DNA of 64,000 nucleotides. It comes from Camelus dromedarius. Its lineage: Eukaryota. The position numbers and the translations under genes are program-made. Shown here piece by piece: positions 12,166-25,767 of the stretch. The stretch covers positions 17,360,001-17,424,000 of the forward strand of contig NC_087436.1 in the NCBI RefSeq assembly GCF_036321535.1, given 5' to 3'. Position 1 is the stretch's first letter. The number at the start of each line of letters is the position of its first letter. The notes under the pieces were generated by a model. The model made no database searches. It was given only the letters and a program-made list of their open reading frames with translations, and had not been told where the DNA came from.

Positions 12166-13919
12166 TTCCTTAATTTATAAAGCCTCCAGCTGCTAAGCCA
12201 TAGATGCAGAAGAATGGCATGGATGAGTGAAAGAGGGTCTGACCTCAAGTAACTGCCTCCTTCCTCCACTCTACTTGATGCAAAGCTTCTTCCTTCTTAT
12301 ATTGAGAATTTAAAAAAAAATTTTTTGGATCTATGTTCTATCTGAAAAAGGTAAAAGAAAAAAGAAAAGAGAAGAGAAAAGACCCTGTGGGTATTATACT
12401 CATTGGGCATGGGATGCCCTGAAGGCCTAATAAATGTAGGATTATTCAATTCTTAATGAAAACTCCTCCCATTGTTGGAAATAAAAACCTGTTTGGCCAC
12501 TAGCACTTGTTCCCTGGAGTACCTCATAATCCTCTTAACACAATAGAAGATTATGAGCAGTGGAAACTCAAAAGACCTCAGGAAACCTGATGGGTCATTG
12601 AACATTATTTGAAAAACGATGGCCTTTAAGTTACACCCATATATTAAGACTTAATAACTAACTGCAACCTCACTAATCACTACGATTTTATCGACAAAAA
12701 TCTTAAACAGAAAATCAATGTTCTCGTTCAAGGTGGAGAGTTTGTTTCATTAGACTAGGCATTTAATAAGGGATAAACATTAACATCTTACACGGGACGA
12801 TCATTTTTTTTTTAAAGGCCAGGCCAAATGAGTTGATTGTGTGAAATCCGTCTCCAAAAGAAAATAATCAAGAGAGGCATATCTTTGTCATTAAGCATCT
12901 TTTCATCGAAGAACTAAAACTTTTTCCCTGAGATAGTTATGGGCAGTTTAGAAAGAGTGTCTGTGTGTCCAGTGGCCACACCTGGGAAGCCTATTTTCAA
13001 GGCTTTCCCCCACAGGCACGCTCTACGGCACCCACAGGGCAGCATTCCTTACCCTCCCCAGAAACTCAGAGGAAAATAATGTGGCCAGAGATGTCTCCAG
13101 TGTTCATACTTGCCTTTCAAATATAAATGAGATTGGCAAATACTTTAAGAGGGATAAATTCTTAACTTAGGTGCCAGAAAGAAAAGGCAAACCAGATCCT
13201 GTGAAGGTATTTACCAAGTGGGCAAGTTTGCATAAAGCACAGTGTCAAACACCAAGAATGCAGGTGGAATGGCTTTTCCCCTTGGATGCTCCAGAAACCG
13301 AAGGAACTCAGAAAGATGTAGCTGCCACATAGGTGTTACTCTGGAGAATGCCCTGCAGAGTCGTCCTTCTGTCACTGCAGCTATGTTACCTCTGATGTTG
13401 TATCTATTTAAAGTCCTGGATCCATCAGGAAAGTTTCCAGAAATTCTGGAGTGAATATATTCAATTAGGCACTTTATAAAGAAGGCTTGGCTAATACACA
13501 TCTAAGCAACTAGGCTGCAAAGAAAAGGCCAAGGTCATGCAAGTACAAGCTAGAATTGTCCATAAGCAAGAAGCATGAAGGTTTTGTTTACAGAACTCAA
13601 AGTGGAACACCAATTCCTCATTTTTGTGACTGATATGGCCCATTTTAATAGGTGCACGTCTCCATGAGCCAAATTAACCATACATTTTCCGGTTCCTTAT
13701 ATCACTCTGCTGTGTGCAGCCAAAGTCTGAAAGACAGCAAGTTAATTGATATATCCTCCCCTTGCCAAGTGTGATTAATTGATGTAGTATGTCCATTCCG
13801 TTTATGCAAATGTTAAAAATGCATCTTCATTTATATCCATATATACTGTAGATAAATGCTTTCAGAAGCGATGATCTCACTGGGGCAGTCGTGGGCACTG
13901 GCTTTTCCACAGTTTGACT

Positions 13920-14900
13920 GAGGAGATATTTATTGCGCTTATTACTCAAAAGACACTGTGGGCTGTGGAGGAAATAGGTAAAACTCTTCTCCGCTCTCAA
14001 AGAGCTTAAAATCTAGTAGAAAAGATCAACTTTGCCCCCTCCAAATCTGTCATCCACAACCTCCTGTCTTCTTGACCCCAGGAAATGGAGCTACTATCTG
14101 CTTTGTTACCAAAGCCAAAAATTTAAGAGTTGTCCTTTATTCTCTCTTCTTAACCCATGCATCCATTTTATCAGCAAATCTTATGGATTCTATTTCTAAA
14201 ATTCCTCAACTTCTGTGATAGTTTTAAATTAGCCCCTTGGTTTTTGTTGTTAGTTTGTTTTACTCATAGCATTTATTAAAATATGTTTATTTATTTACTT
14301 ATTTATTCAGTCTTTTTTTCATTTATTTATTTGTGTTTGTTTCTTTTCTTCTCTCTCTTCTTCTTCTCCCTCTCTCCCTATTCCTCCCTTGAGAACATGG
14401 AGTCCATGAAGTTGTTCTCTGTCATGTTCTAATACCAGGTTTGTGCCTGGCCTCTAGTAGGTGCTCAAGAAATATATTTGAAGTTAAAAAAAAAAACCCA
14501 TAAATGTATTTTATAACAATTATAGAAGAGTCTACCATGTGAAAGTTCTAAGGCAAAGTATAAAGTTCAATGGATGGGTTCCATTTAACTAGAAAGATCA
14601 GGGAAGGTTTCATGAAGGCAGATTTGAGATGGGTTTTGAAGTCTGTGTGTGAGAGCAGGAGAAAGACAGGGGGACAGGGAAAGTCACTCAGATGCATAAA
14701 GCAGAGAACATGGAGGGAGATTCCAGGAGGCAAGTGTAGACAGAAAATAGGATGTTTGAGAAGTTAGTAGAAGAAAGGAGTATAGGAGTAGTCCAGATGA
14801 TGGAGGACCTTGGGTGTGGTACTTAGGGATTTGACATTATTTAACAATCAATAAGGCCATATTTATCATCATCAGAGACTGAGACATGAAGTGAATTGTA
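13920..14900 (-). mobile_element. L2 fragment (minus) interrupted by a plus-strand L2 at ~14030-14490
   Basis: Minus pieces: atatttattg...ctctcaaagagcttaaaatctagt and atcagggaaggtttcatgaaggcagatttgagatgggttttgaag. The plus piece ends gtgcctggcctctagtaggtgctcaagaaatat. Confidence 0.7.
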
Positions 14901-15361
14901 TCAAAAGACTGTCCTGCCAAGAGCATACACTCTAGAGAAATGAAATAGAGTAAATGTTATGTACATTTTTTCCTAGTTGTTACCTCCCAAAGGCCTAAAT
15001 TTTCCTACAGAACTTTAAGCTAATACCCAATTCAGAAAACTAAGGCAATTATTCTACCCTACAAACTAGAAATATGATGCCATTTCTACCTCTTGCAAGT
15101 ACAGACCAGGGATATTCCCAGGCAGAACCTTATTTTCTCTGGAATTTACCACTCAACTACTAAAATTCCTCCTTCATAACGTAGGTATGACTGGGTTCTA
15201 AATGTAAATATTATCATTTGTCATCCTCTTAGCAATAGCATGATTTGCCTAAATGAAACCTTGGTTCTGGGAAATTACTTCCCTCAACTTTAAGGTTTTA
15301 GGACCTAACTGAGGGGGAAAACGTTGTGGTTAAAATAAGGGAGATGCTGACTGTATTAATT

Positions 15362-15552
15362 AACTCCTTTCCTCTACTAACATCTTTTCTGACTACACTC
15401 ATCTCCTGGAATGTCCTCCAAATGAGTGACTCTCTTTCCCCATTGTCTTTTTCCTCTTCTCACACAGACTTCAAAACCCAACCCAGAACTGCCTTTGTAA
15501 AACCTTCCCTGATCTCTCTGGTTAAATGGAATCCATTCCACTTTGAACTTTA
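15362..15552 (+). repeat. Inverted copy of 14561-14781 (L2-derived)
   Basis: Its reverse complement aligns colinearly with 14561-14781, e.g. tgggttttgaagtctgtgtg exactly. ORFs 14548..14733(-) and 15326..15553(+) share SHTDFKT and KPSLI.LVKWNP. Confidence 0.93.
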
Positions 15553-16559
15553 ATTAATTAATTAAGGGAAATAATCTCTGAGTACAGAAACCATTCTCCA
15601 ATGAGTTTCCAAGTTCACAGAATAGCAAATTTGTTACCTCTCATTCTGATTAAGCTACCCCAAGAAATGCAGATGGCATTACTTCCCAAAAGGGACACAA
15701 ATTTTCTCTATCACCGGTTCCAATGTAAAAGCCATCTCACCTTTATAAAATCTATTTACCTGATGGCAGGAGAGCTGAGGGCTCAGAGCAATCATGACAA
15801 TGCCAAAGCTATAAATCATCTCAACCAGGAGAATTTTGCCCCATGGTGCTTTTTTTCTGACAGACATAAATCCAAGAGGAAAACAGCTCCTTAAATACAG
15901 GCACAATATTACACTCGTGAATAGCAGTCTGGGGAGAAAACTCTCATTATTAATCTTTTAATATTTAGACCATTTCTGCTTAATGCCACTCTTTGGATGG
16001 ACATTTTTAGGTTTGTCGTCCACTTGACCCTCATTATAGATGTTATTGTACTTGCTTTTACCCATAACTAAACTCACAGCATCATCAGATGGAACCAACT
16101 AATATCTAAAAAATTGGGTTTTGCTTGAGAAAATCATCTCAGTACTTCTGCCTAAGGGAGGTTTTTCTTCGTATCTCTTACCACTAGATTCTGGAGAGGA
16201 CAAATTTGCTTCTGAATGCCGCAAATGCTGATCCACAGGCACTCGCTTGTTGTTGGTTTGATAAGGTTATTTTAGAAGCAGGAGAAAAAGCTTGATAAAG
16301 TTAGCCACATGGCACTTAAATCGGAGTATAGAAACTTCCTAAGAATGTACTGAGTTTAACAAATGCCTTATTACTTGAAAAAAAATCACAAAACCTGGAG
16401 TCTAATAATTTCTAGTGGGAGGCCCTGGATTTGGCAGTGAGGACTAATAATTAGGGTAGATTTTGGAACACAGTTGCTGACAGCATGGCACTGGATAAAG
16501 TTTCTCTGTGAGCACAGATCTCTATTGACATGTGGGAGCCTCACTCTCACAGCTCTCTG

Positions 16560-16760
16560 TCCCATGGCACCCCACACATCCCTATTACTGCACTATTATA
16601 GCAGTATTATAACTGTTTATTTGTCCACCTTCCCCACTGGACTGTGAACTCAGATTTTTTTTTTCCATTTTCATCTTATTCATCTCTGTAGTCCTAGTAA
16701 CTAGTGTAAATCAGATCCATAGAAAAAGTTGTTATGCATTTATTGCATGTATGGGTTTTT
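16560..16760 (+). mobile_element. L2 3' fragment
   Basis: ttccccactggactgtgaactc...attcatctctgtagtcctagtaactagt. Confidence 0.6.
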
Positions 16761-17099
16761 TTTCAAATAACCAAGTACAATTATCTCTAAAACTACAAAC
16801 CAACTGCCTTTTCTAAGTGATATCAATGACATCTTTAGTCATTGCTCACTTTACTAGGCATCTGATGAAATAAGGATCCAGGTAAAATTCTTTTTTCCTT
16901 GAGAGTTGTTTAAGCTTAGGTAGATTATAATCCTTGTCAATCCTTGCCGATCACTTCAATCAGTTCCTTAGGCACAATAAGCTCTGTACTCATTCCACAG
17001 GTTCTTCTCATTCTATATGTATTTGCTATATATTCCCTGGTGAGATTAATCTGTTTTCCCTTTCTTCAAAAATAAAATGAAATATTTCAAATGCATTAA

Positions 17100-17348
17100 T
17101 AAAAGTAGACTGAGAAGAATTAGCCAATGAGGTAGGAGGAAAACAGAGAGAATAATGTCCTAGAATACAATCAAAGAAAATGTTTCAAAAAAGGAGAATA
17201 AGCAACTGTGCTGATGGTAAGCCACATAAAATGATATCTAAAATTTGACCATTGGAATAAGCAATGGAGAGGTTATTAATGATTTCTGACAAGAAATCTT
17301 TCAGCGGGCTGGTGAGAAGTGCTGATCAGAGCTGGTTCAAAAGAATCT
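17100..17348 (-). mobile_element. L2 fragment (continues at ~24620)
   Basis: gactgagaagaattagccaatgaggtaggaggaaaac...gaccattggaataagcaatggagaggttatt resembles the reverse L2 body. Confidence 0.7.
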
Positions 17349-17349
17349 C

Positions 17350-19860
17350 TGGGAGAAAGACCGCTGTGTAACTCAGCATTTCCCTCCTTGTCTTGGATAA
17401 AATACATTTTTTGAAAGTAAAGGGCTCATCCTGAATTATAAAACCCATAACATTTGCCTTCAGGTATGATAACTGGAATGAACAAGGCTGGTGGCAGTAC
17501 CCTTTTGGATATGATTAGCTCATAAAAATCAGTGAAGATAGAGCTAGATAAAGATGAATGTTTATCAGAAACATCCTGCCTACACAGAAACAAAACCAAA
17601 ATAGAGACCTTTGGGTTCTGTTTCCTAGAAGAATACGCTGCCCTATTTAACTCCTCATAGGAAATTTCTACTAATAGTTGTTGGTCCTGGAAAATACAAT
17701 TCTTCCAAAGAAAAGTAATTTAAAAATTACATGGCACAGTATCCATATAAAGGTAAGAAAAAAATTTGATTAAAACAGCAAAAGTTATCAGCAGATAAAG
17801 AACACTCATGAAAATGTGGTACCATGGGCTGATACAAATTATGTCTAAGGATTTTGCCATGGAAAATTTCAAACTTGATGATACAATTACATCTTTGAAG
17901 GAATATTATAAAACAGAAATGTAAAATCTAAGGGAAAAGATGATAAAAGCAGGAGATAAAATGTGATTTTGTAGAATTCAGAAATGAAATATATATATAA
18001 TCACAGAAATAAAGTGCAATTGAAAATAGCACACAATAAATTATACATGGAGGAGCACAGTAAGGGACAGACATCAGAAATGAGAAAAGTAATCAAGTTG
18101 AATCTGAAATTAAAGGTTAAGAAGGATTAGAGAGAAAATGTTTGTCATAAAGCATAAGCAAAGGAAAATCAATATATGATCTTGGAAGGAAAGCAAAATA
18201 ATGGAACAAAATAAACACTGAAAAAAATGTAGCTCAAGAAAACTTCGTTGAGAATCTACACATTGAAATTTCCTATGTGCCCTAGAAACTTGAATACTTA
18301 ACATTCAGCACTGAGATATATTTTAATAAAGTTACTAAACCTTAATGGTAAAGAAATAAATCTTGAGTAACTTAAAATAAAGAAAGCACTGGTTGTTAAT
18401 GTCCCCATGTATCTCAGGCTCTTTTTTTTGAAGGAAGGGAGAGAAGTCCCAGTTTATGGCTTTTTTTCCCAGTATAATTCTTAAGAGAACACTCCTTTAC
18501 TCTTAAGATTGCCCCTGTTTGAATAATACATCTTATAACCACCACACTTATAAACAGGGGAAAAATTAAGTTGGTACCATGTCTCTCTACAGTAGTTTTC
18601 TTGAGTAAAGGATCATCTACAAGTTTATATATAGCCAAAATTATATCCAGTTGCAAAGGCTATAGAGAAACAGTTCTGACTTGCAAGAAACCAACAAATA
18701 CTGTTCCCATGAAGCTATCTTGAGGAAACTTCTACAAGAGGAGTCAAACATGACATAATGAAAATGGATGGAGATTTCCTTAATGCTATATGACTATATC
18801 AGCCCACAAGTCAACATCATACTTGATGGGGAAGGACTGGAGACATTTACACAGAAATCATGAAAAAAAAAAAAAAAAAAAAAAAAGCCCACCATCATCA
18901 TCAACATAATGAGAGAAGAGGAAGTATTTAGAGGCATAAAATTTGGAAAGTAAGAGGTAAAATTATCACTTTTGCAGATGTTATATTTGTATACTTGGAA
19001 AAACCAAGAAAATCAACTTAAACTAACACAAACAAGATCACTCCATAAGATGATAAAGTATAAATTAATATTAAAAATATGGATTTCACATAAACTAACA
19101 ATAAATAGTTTGGAGCTATAATAAAACAAGACTCATTTTTCATAAGCAATTAAAAAATAAAGGAAAATACCTAGGAATCAAAGGAAATATGCAATATTAT
19201 ATGAAAGAAACTTGTCAAAACAAACATGCAAAACCAGATGAAAGGAATGCTGCTCAAATGAATAACATACCAAGCTGTTCGGTTAAAACCTCAATGTTAC
19301 AAAATGTCAATTCTCTGGAAGTTAATTTATAAGTGTAATGGATTCCCAGTAAAAATACCAATGAGATTTGAAGCACTAGAAAAATGGATACTATGTTCAT
19401 GAGGAAAAGTAGACAAGAATTTCCGAAAAATTCTGAAAGAAATTCTGAAAAAGAAGGGCAATGATGGTAGGATTAGCCTGATTAGATATTAAAACCTTGT
19501 ATTTAAAGCCTCAATCCTGAAATTAAACCAACGTGATACTTGTATATACATAGACAAAACAGACCACTATATAAGAATAAAGAAATCTAGAAACAGTCAA
19601 AAGTTGGCATTTAAAAAGGTAGGATATTAAATAAATGGAATAATCTAGTTGCCACCTGAAAAAAAATAAAATTTACTTATACCATAGGTATAAAATATAA
19701 TTTTACCATATTCTAATAATAAATTTCAAAGGATGCAAAGATTCAAATGTTTTAAATAATGAATCAATAAAAGCACCTAAAGAAGGCTTAGGGAGATTCT
19801 TTTATAACTTTGCTATGGAGTCAGTTCTTTTAAGCAATAGATAAAATCAACAAGATATAT
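17350..19860 (+). mobile_element. Old L1M element, 5' part (ORF1 and ORF2 remnants)
   Basis: A-rich ORF1-like sequence at ~17700-18380. ORF2-like motifs at 18800-19850 (ggaaagtaagaggtaaaattatcacttttgcagatg, aaatacctaggaat, aaaatgtcaattct). 5' boundary uncertain. Confidence 0.75.
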
Positions 19861-22800
19861 AGGACACATTTTCCAATCACAAAGGTATGAAAGTAGAAAT
19901 TAATTGCAGAAAGAAAACTGGGGAAAAATACACAAGCATATAAAGACTAAACAACATGCTACTAAAAAACCAATGAAACAATGAAAAAACCAAAGAAGAA
20001 ATCAAAAAATACCTTGAGATGAATGAAAATAGAAACACAACTTTCCAAAATCTATGGGATGCAGAAAAAAAGCAGTTCTAAGAGGAAAGTTTATGGCAGT
20101 ACAAGCCTATCTCAAGAAACCAAAAAAAAAAAAAAAAAATTCAAATAAACATTCTAACTTTCCATTTGAAGGAGTCATAAAAAGAAAAACAAAGCCCAAA
20201 GTCAGTAGAAGGAAGGAACTAATAATGGTCAGAGCTGAAATAAATAAAATGGAGACCAATAAACAGTAGAAAAGATGAATGAAATCAAGAGCCAGTTTTT
20301 TGAAAAGATAAATGAAATTGATAAAATTTAGCTAGACTCGTTTAGGAAATAAAAGAAAGAGTGCCCAAATAAAGAATATTAGAAATGAAGCACAGGTATA
20401 GAAAACAAACTTATGGTTACCAGGGGAGGGAAGGATGGAGGGAGGAATGAATTAGAAGTTTGGGATTGGCTGATATAAACTACTGTGTACAGAACAGATA
20501 AAAAAACAAAGTCCTACTGTATAGTACAGTGGCTTGTAGTAACCTGTAATGAAAAAGAATATGAAAAAGAGTATGTGTGTGTATGTATATATATATATGT
20601 ATATAACTGAATCACTATGCTGTATATCAGAAACTAATCATTATAAATAAAAAAAAAAAGAAATGAAAGAAGATAAGTTAAATCAATATCACAGAAATAG
20701 AAATAATGATAAGAGAATACTATGAACAGTTATATGCCAACACATTGGACAACCTAGAAGAAATGGATAACTTCCTAGGAACATTTAATTTTTCAAAGAC
20801 TGAGTGAGGAAGAGCTAGAAAAATCTAAACAGACCAATTACTGATAGTGAAATTGCAGCAGTAATTTGACAAAACTCCCAACAAACAAAAGTCCAAAATC
20901 AAACAGCTTCACAGGGGAATTCTAGCAAACATTTAAAGAAGAGTTAATGTCTATCCTTCTCAAACTATTCAAAAGAATTGAAGAGGAGGGAACACTTTCA
21001 AACTCATTATATGAGGCCAGCATTACCCTGATACCAAAACTAGACAAAGACACTAACAACAACAACAAATTTCAGGTTGATAACTCTGATGAAAAAAATG
21101 CAAAAATTCTCAACAAAATATTAGCAAACTGAGTTCAACAATACATAAAAGATTATACACCATGATCAAGCGAGATGTTTCAACATCTGCAAATCAATGT
21201 TACAACACATTAACAAAACAAAGGATAAAAATCACATGATTATCTCAATAGATGCAGTATTTGACAAAATTCAATTTCCACTCATAATAAAAATTCTCAA
21301 AAATGTTGGTTTAGAGGGAACATAACTCAATGTAATAAAGGACCTTTATGACAAACCCACAGATAACAGTATACTCAGTGGTAAAAAGCTGAAAGCTTTC
21401 TTAGAGGACTAAATCATGAACAGCCTAGGTTGCTAACTCTCACAACTTCTATTTAACATTGTATTGGAAGTCCTAGCTACAGAAATCAGACAAGAAAAAG
21501 AAATAAAAGGTATCGAACTGGAAGGGTAAAAGTAAAACTGTCACTGTTTGCAGGCAACATGACACTATATAGAGAGAATCCTGAAAACACTACAAAAGAA
21601 CTCTTAGAACTAATGAATGAATTTTGTAAAGTGACAAGATATTACAGTTATATACAGAAATCTGTTGCATTTGTATAGACTAATAATGAACTAGCAGAAA
21701 AAGAAATTTTAAAAATCCCATTTACAATCAAAACAAAAAGAATAAAATACCTAGGAATAAATTTAACCAAGGAGGTCAAATACCTCTGAAACCTATAAGA
21801 TATTAATAAAGGAAATTAAAGATGATACAAATTAAAGGAAAGATATCCCATGTTTATGGATTGAAAGAATTAATATTATTAAAATGTCCATACTACTCAA
21901 AGCAATTTAAGGATTCAATACAATCCCTAACAAAATACCGAGGACATTTTTCATAAAACTAGGACCAATAATCCCAAAATTTGCCTAGAACCCCAGAAGA
22001 CCGCTAATAGCCAAAGCAATGTTGAAAAAAAGGACAAAGCTGGAGGTATCACACTCACTGATTTCAGATGACACTGTAAAGCTACAGTAATCAAAACAGT
22101 ATGGTACTGGCACAAAAACAGAGACATAGATCAATGGAACAGAATAGAAAGCCCAGAAATAAATCCATGCATATATTGTCAATTAATCTATGACAAAGGA
22201 GTCAAGAATACACAATGGGTAAAAGACTGCCCCTTCAATAAGTGATGTGGAAAAATTGGACAGCTACTTGTAAAAGAATGAAACTTCTTTGAGAACATTT
22301 TCTTACACCATATACAAAAATAAACTAAAAAATGGATTAAATACCTACATGTAGTACCCAAAACCAAAAATTTCACAGAATAAAGCATCAGCACTGTGAT
22401 CTTTGACATTGGTCTTAGCAACATTTTTTTGAATCTGTCTCCTCAGACAAGGGAAACTAAAGCAAAAATAAAAAAATGAGCCCTAATCAAACTTAAAATA
22501 TTTGACAGTGAAGGAAAGTATCAACAAAACAAAAAGACAACCTTTTGAATGGGAAAGATATTTGCAAATCACATGTCAGTTAAGGGGTTAACATCCAAGA
22601 TATATGAAGAACTCATAAAACTTAATATCAAAAAAATCCTGGTTAAAAAAAGAGCAGAGGATCTGAATAGGCAATTTTCTGGAAAAAAAAAAAAGGGCAT
22701 ACCAATGGCCAAGAGGCACATGAAAAGATGCTCAACCTCATTAATCAACAGTGAAATGGAAATCAAACCACTATGAGATATCACCTCACACCTATCAGAA

Positions 22801-23607
22801 TGGTTAACCTCAAAAAGACAAGAAATAACAAGTGTTGGCAAGGATTTGGAGAAAAGTGAACACCTGTACACTGTTGGTGGTAATGTAAATTGGTATAGCC
22901 ACTATGGAAAACAGTATGGAGGTTCCTCAAAAAATTAAAAATAAAACTACCATATGATTCTGCAATTCCACCCCTTGGAAGTGTCTGAAGAAAAAGAAGG
23001 CACTAATTTCAAAAGATATATGCACCCCAATGTTCATAGCAGCATTATTTACAATACCCACAATATGGAAGCAACCTAAGTGTCCATCAATGAATGGATG
23101 GAAAAAGAAGATATGGTGTACATTTACAATGGAATATTACTTTGCTATAAAAGAAGAGTAAAATTTTGCTGTTTACAACAACATGGATGAATCTGGAGGG
23201 TATTACACCTAGTGAAGTAAGCGAGACAGAGGAAGACAAATACTGTATGTTTTCACTTACATGTGGAATCTAAAATCTAAAACAGACAAACCAATATAAC
23301 AAAACAGAAAAAGACTCACAATAAAGAGAACAAACTAGTGGTTACCAGAGGAGAGAGGGGTGGGGAAGGGGCAAAATAGGTGAAAGGAATTAAAAGAACA
23401 AACTACTAGGTATAAATCTAAAACATTACAGTATAAAACTAACAAGTTAATATATAGCATAGGGAATATAGTCAATATTTTATAATAACTTTGTATGGAG
23501 TATGTTGTATAAAAATATAGACTTGTTATCTTGTTCACCTGAAATTAATGTAATAGTGCAAGTCAACTATACTTCATTAAAAATAAAAATAAAATAAAAA
23601 ATAAAAA
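19861..23607 (+). mobile_element. 5'-truncated younger L1 (ORF2 + 3' UTR + poly-A), nested in the old L1M
   Basis: ORF2 peptides KAVLRGKFMAVQAYLKK (20054..), LLKLFKRIEEEGTLSNSLYEASITLIPK (20947..), [10 protein letters not shown] (22549..). A-rich tail at 23578-23607. Frameshifted throughout. Confidence 0.95.
20390..20658 (+). mobile_element. Young L1 3' end inserted in L1 ORF2, with TSD
   Basis: gaaaacaaacttatggttaccagggg...aactgaatcactatgctgta followed by poly-A. TSD agaaatgaa at 20381-20389 and 20659-20667. Confidence 0.9.
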
Positions 23608-24545
23608 GAAACTTCTGCTTGGGAAAAAATCATAAACAAAGTTAAAAGTCAGTGACAATAAAGGAAAAATATGTGAGACAAAATAACTAATATTGCCAAT
23701 ATTTAAAGAGCTCCTAGAAACTAGGAAAAATAACCCAAATGAAAAAATGATAAAGGATAAAAACATGTAATTCACAGAAAAAGAAATACAAATTTTTTTA
23801 TCTATGAAAAGATACTCATTTGATTTACTTCAATAAACATAAGCTAAAAACTACTTATGATTTTCTACCTATAATAATGAGAAAAATTGTAATAATTTGA
23901 CAGTAGAACTTCTTGGAAGGCCTAAGGGAAGCAGGTACTCCCACGTATTATTAGAAGTTTAAATTGGCACAATTCCTATGAAAAGAAATTTAGTAATATC
24001 TAATATCTTTTGAAAGTAAATGCATTTTTGCTTTGACCTAGGAGTTTCACTTCTAGAATCTCATCACATATGTTTACTCACATGCAAAATAGCACATATA
24101 TAAGGTCACTTATAACAGCATTGTTTGTAAATGCAAAAGTATGGAAACTATCAAAATGTTCATCAATAGGAAAGTGGTAAAATAAATTATATGGTATCTC
24201 CATTCAATCAAATACTACTTGACACATAAAAAATAATTGAAAAGCTTTTATGCGCTAATATGAAATGGCTTCCAAGACACATCAAGTGAAAAAAGAATTC
24301 TTCAGCAATCAGTCAGTATAAATAAATTTGCATTTGCTTGCGTGTGTAGAAATAAGCTGAATAATACATGAGAAACAAATAATAGTTGAAAAAAACAAAA
24401 AAAATGGGTAATAGTTGGGAGAGAGGAGTAGAAATAGTGGAGAGAAAGGACTAGGATAAAAAAGTGTTTTTACTGCATATAAAATATTTTTTTTAATTTA
24501 TGAAATATTTGACTATTATCTATTGAAAGTATAAAATTGATAAAA
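23608..24545 (+). mobile_element. Old L1M (L1MD/ME-like) 3' part, resuming after the nested L1
   Basis: aaacttctgcttggga...ctttgacctaggagtttcacttctagaatc...cagcattgtttgtaaatgcaaaa...aaatgttcatcaatagg. Confidence 0.8.
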
Positions 24546-24619
24546 GAAGACACAAAACTTGTGAATAATACTTTGAGGCATCTGCTGTTGAAATGTGTAA
24601 AAGAATTTAGAAAGATTAA

Positions 24620-24865
24620 GAAAAAGAAGAGAGCAGGGGAATTATAGACATCAAGTAATGTCAACCTTTTCAAAGAACTCTGCTATAAAGTAGCAGGAAA
24701 TGTGATGGTAGCTAGGAGACAATGTAAGAAGGGATAAGCATAGCAAGCTGTATGCCCATGGGAATAATCCAGTAGAAATGGAAAATTTGCTCATGCAGGA
24801 AAGAGAGAAATTCTTATAGTGGTCTCTTTGAGTGAGACGAGATGGGATCTAATACACAAATTGCA
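24620..24865 (-). mobile_element. L2 fragment, continuation of 17100-17348
   Basis: caaccttttcaaagaactctgctataaag...ggtagctaggag...tccagtaga follows the previous piece in recalled L2 order. Confidence 0.65.
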
Positions 24866-24869
24866 ATTA

Positions 24870-25455
24870 ACACCATGTTTTGATATTTGTTCATGTTGAT
24901 GGATGTAGCTCTTGTTCATTCACTACAACCATGTGTAGTACTTTCATACATGAAAATAACAATATTATTTATCCATTCCTCTACTGAAAGATATTTAGGT
25001 CGCTTCCACCTATTTACTATTACAAGCGGTATTGTTACGAATCGTTTTGCATGTGTTTTTTGGAACAACTTTATTAAAATTTCACTAGGGTTTATATCTC
25101 AGGAGTATAACTGCTGGATTATGTAGTATGAGCATCATCAACATTCCTTGATGACGCCAAATTACTCTCCATATTGCTTGTAGCATCCTACGTTCTTACC
25201 AACAGTTTGCAGGATTTTTACTGATCCATAGCCCTATACTTTGAAATTTGCCAATCTGATGAGCATGAAATGGAATCTCACTGTAACTTTAATTTGTATT
25301 CTCTGATTACTAATGAATTGATCACCTTTTCTAATGTTCATAGGACATTGGGATGTCCTTCTGAAATTCTAGTATTTTCTCATTTTTCTATTAGATTGTC
25401 TTTTTTCTTATTTTTATGATTTATTTCTATATTTGAATATAAATTCTTTAAAATA
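24870..25455 (-). mobile_element. Old L1ME fragment
   Basis: tttatccattcctctactgaaagatatttaggt...ttgccaatctgatgagcatgaaatggaatctcactgt. Confidence 0.8.
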
Positions 25456-25459
25456 ATAA

Positions 25460-25700
25460 TTTAAAATTATTGAATGCTTATGACAGCTTGGTCCTATTTA
25501 GGCAATCTTATATTTATTAACTCATTGAATCTTTACAACAACCCTGAGAGATGGAGAAACTTCTTATCCCTGTTTTGTATATAGGGAACTGAAGCATATA
25601 GATGTCAAGTAACTTGCCCAAGGTCACCCAGCTGATAAGAGGTGAAATCTGGGTTTTAATTCAGGTAGTTATGTTCTAGAGACTATCACTTACTGCTTCT
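25460..25700 (-). mobile_element. MIR SINE
   Basis: ctcattgaatctttacaacaaccctgaga...aagtaacttgcccaaggtcacccagct (reverse MIR core). Confidence 0.9.
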
Positions 25701-25767
25701 CAATCCTGTTTTGATTTGTTCTATTAAAAAACAAAAAAACAAAAAAAAAACCTCTTCCCTACTGTTT

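Noticed and set aside
13211..13501. Overlapping 96-aa and 70-aa ORFs in unique sequence
   Set aside because: No recognisable domain or convincing splice structure; lengths expected by chance.
13639..13652. CArG (SRF) box
   Set aside because: ccattttaatagg has 9 A/T bases between CC and GG, not the required 6.
17339..24606. aaaagaat as TSD of the old L1M
   Set aside because: Short A-rich word, and the right copy lies ~55 bp beyond the apparent L1 end; may be chance.
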